A stretch of DNA of 64,000 nt, from contig CAWDSQ010000014.1 of NCBI GenBank assembly GCA_963804955.1, forward strand, positions 32,001 through 96,000. Reading direction: 5' to 3'. The notes beneath the pieces were generated by a model. That model was not told where the DNA came from. It saw only the letters and a program-made list of their open reading frames with translations, and ran no database searches. The stretch is from an uncultured delta proteobacterium (GTDB lineage Bacteria > Desulfobacterota > WTBG01 > CAIYCZ01 > CAIRTM01). Positions 63,734 through 64,000 of this stretch are shown here, one piece after another (position 1 is the stretch's first letter; the number at the start of each line of letters is the position of its first letter). A program made the translations under genes and the position numbers.

Positions 63734-64000
63734 GTGCAGAAAAATACATGGTTCTATAGGTTTATAGTTGCCACCATCAGCATAAATACTGTCATGATCT
63801 GCATGCTCACTTTCTGGACAATTGATGACCGCCACACGCTTCAGGTTGTGCAGGTTGAAGTTCAGGAACTCAAGCGCCGTATCGAAATGGAAATCAAACT
63901 TCGGCAGGAACTGCTTCCGCAGATAAAAAAATCCGCCGAGCTGCTCAGCCGCTACAATCCGGGCCTGGACCCGTTGACAGCTCTCTCCTATGCAATAAAA
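63734..64000 (+). CDS. Partial CDS running off the window; membrane-anchored, possibly an SLT lytic transglycosylase
   Basis: Not in ORF track. AGGAG then GTG at 63734, open to the window end: TM helix, coiled coil, LLSRYNPGLDPLTALSYAIK. Function is a guess. Confidence 0.55.
   Translation, partial: MQKNTWFYRFIVATISINTVMICMLTFWTIDDRHTLQVVQVEVQELKRRIEMEIKLRQELLPQIKKSAELLSRYNPGLDPLTALSYAIK

Overview
Chromosomal window of an anaerobic, moderately GC-rich bacterium. Gene content (HdrA/HdrL, MvhD, OFOR, system II cytochrome c maturation, sigma54-driven minor pilins, GTP-PEPCK) suggests a Desulfobacterota/deltaproteobacterial genome; this is inference. I found no rRNA, tRNA, CRISPR array, prophage or intact transposase. 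About 13 genes are split by single-base indels, most likely long-read consensus errors, so many ORF-track entries are fragments. Highlights: (1) an 11-kb operon joining a four-subunit 2-oxoacid:ferredoxin oxidoreductase to an HdrL-like NAD(P)H flavoprotein, an MvhD-HdrC-CCG fusion and an HdrA-MvhD whose in-frame TGA is very probably selenocysteine with a clear SECIS hairpin; (2) nested non-autonomous repeats: REP-like palindromes inside IS-ended MITEs with target-site duplications, a dispersed ~95-nt structured repeat and inverted heptamer arrays; (3) a sigma54 fimT-pilW-pilV-pilX-pilY1 cluster whose PilY1 has a ~200-aa insertion that appears Cys/His-rich; (4) a B12-binding-fold protein lacking both signature histidines, a TPAT transporter, a GGR-like reductase paired with a ferredoxin, and a bactofilin whose upstream partner lacks the usual M23 domain.
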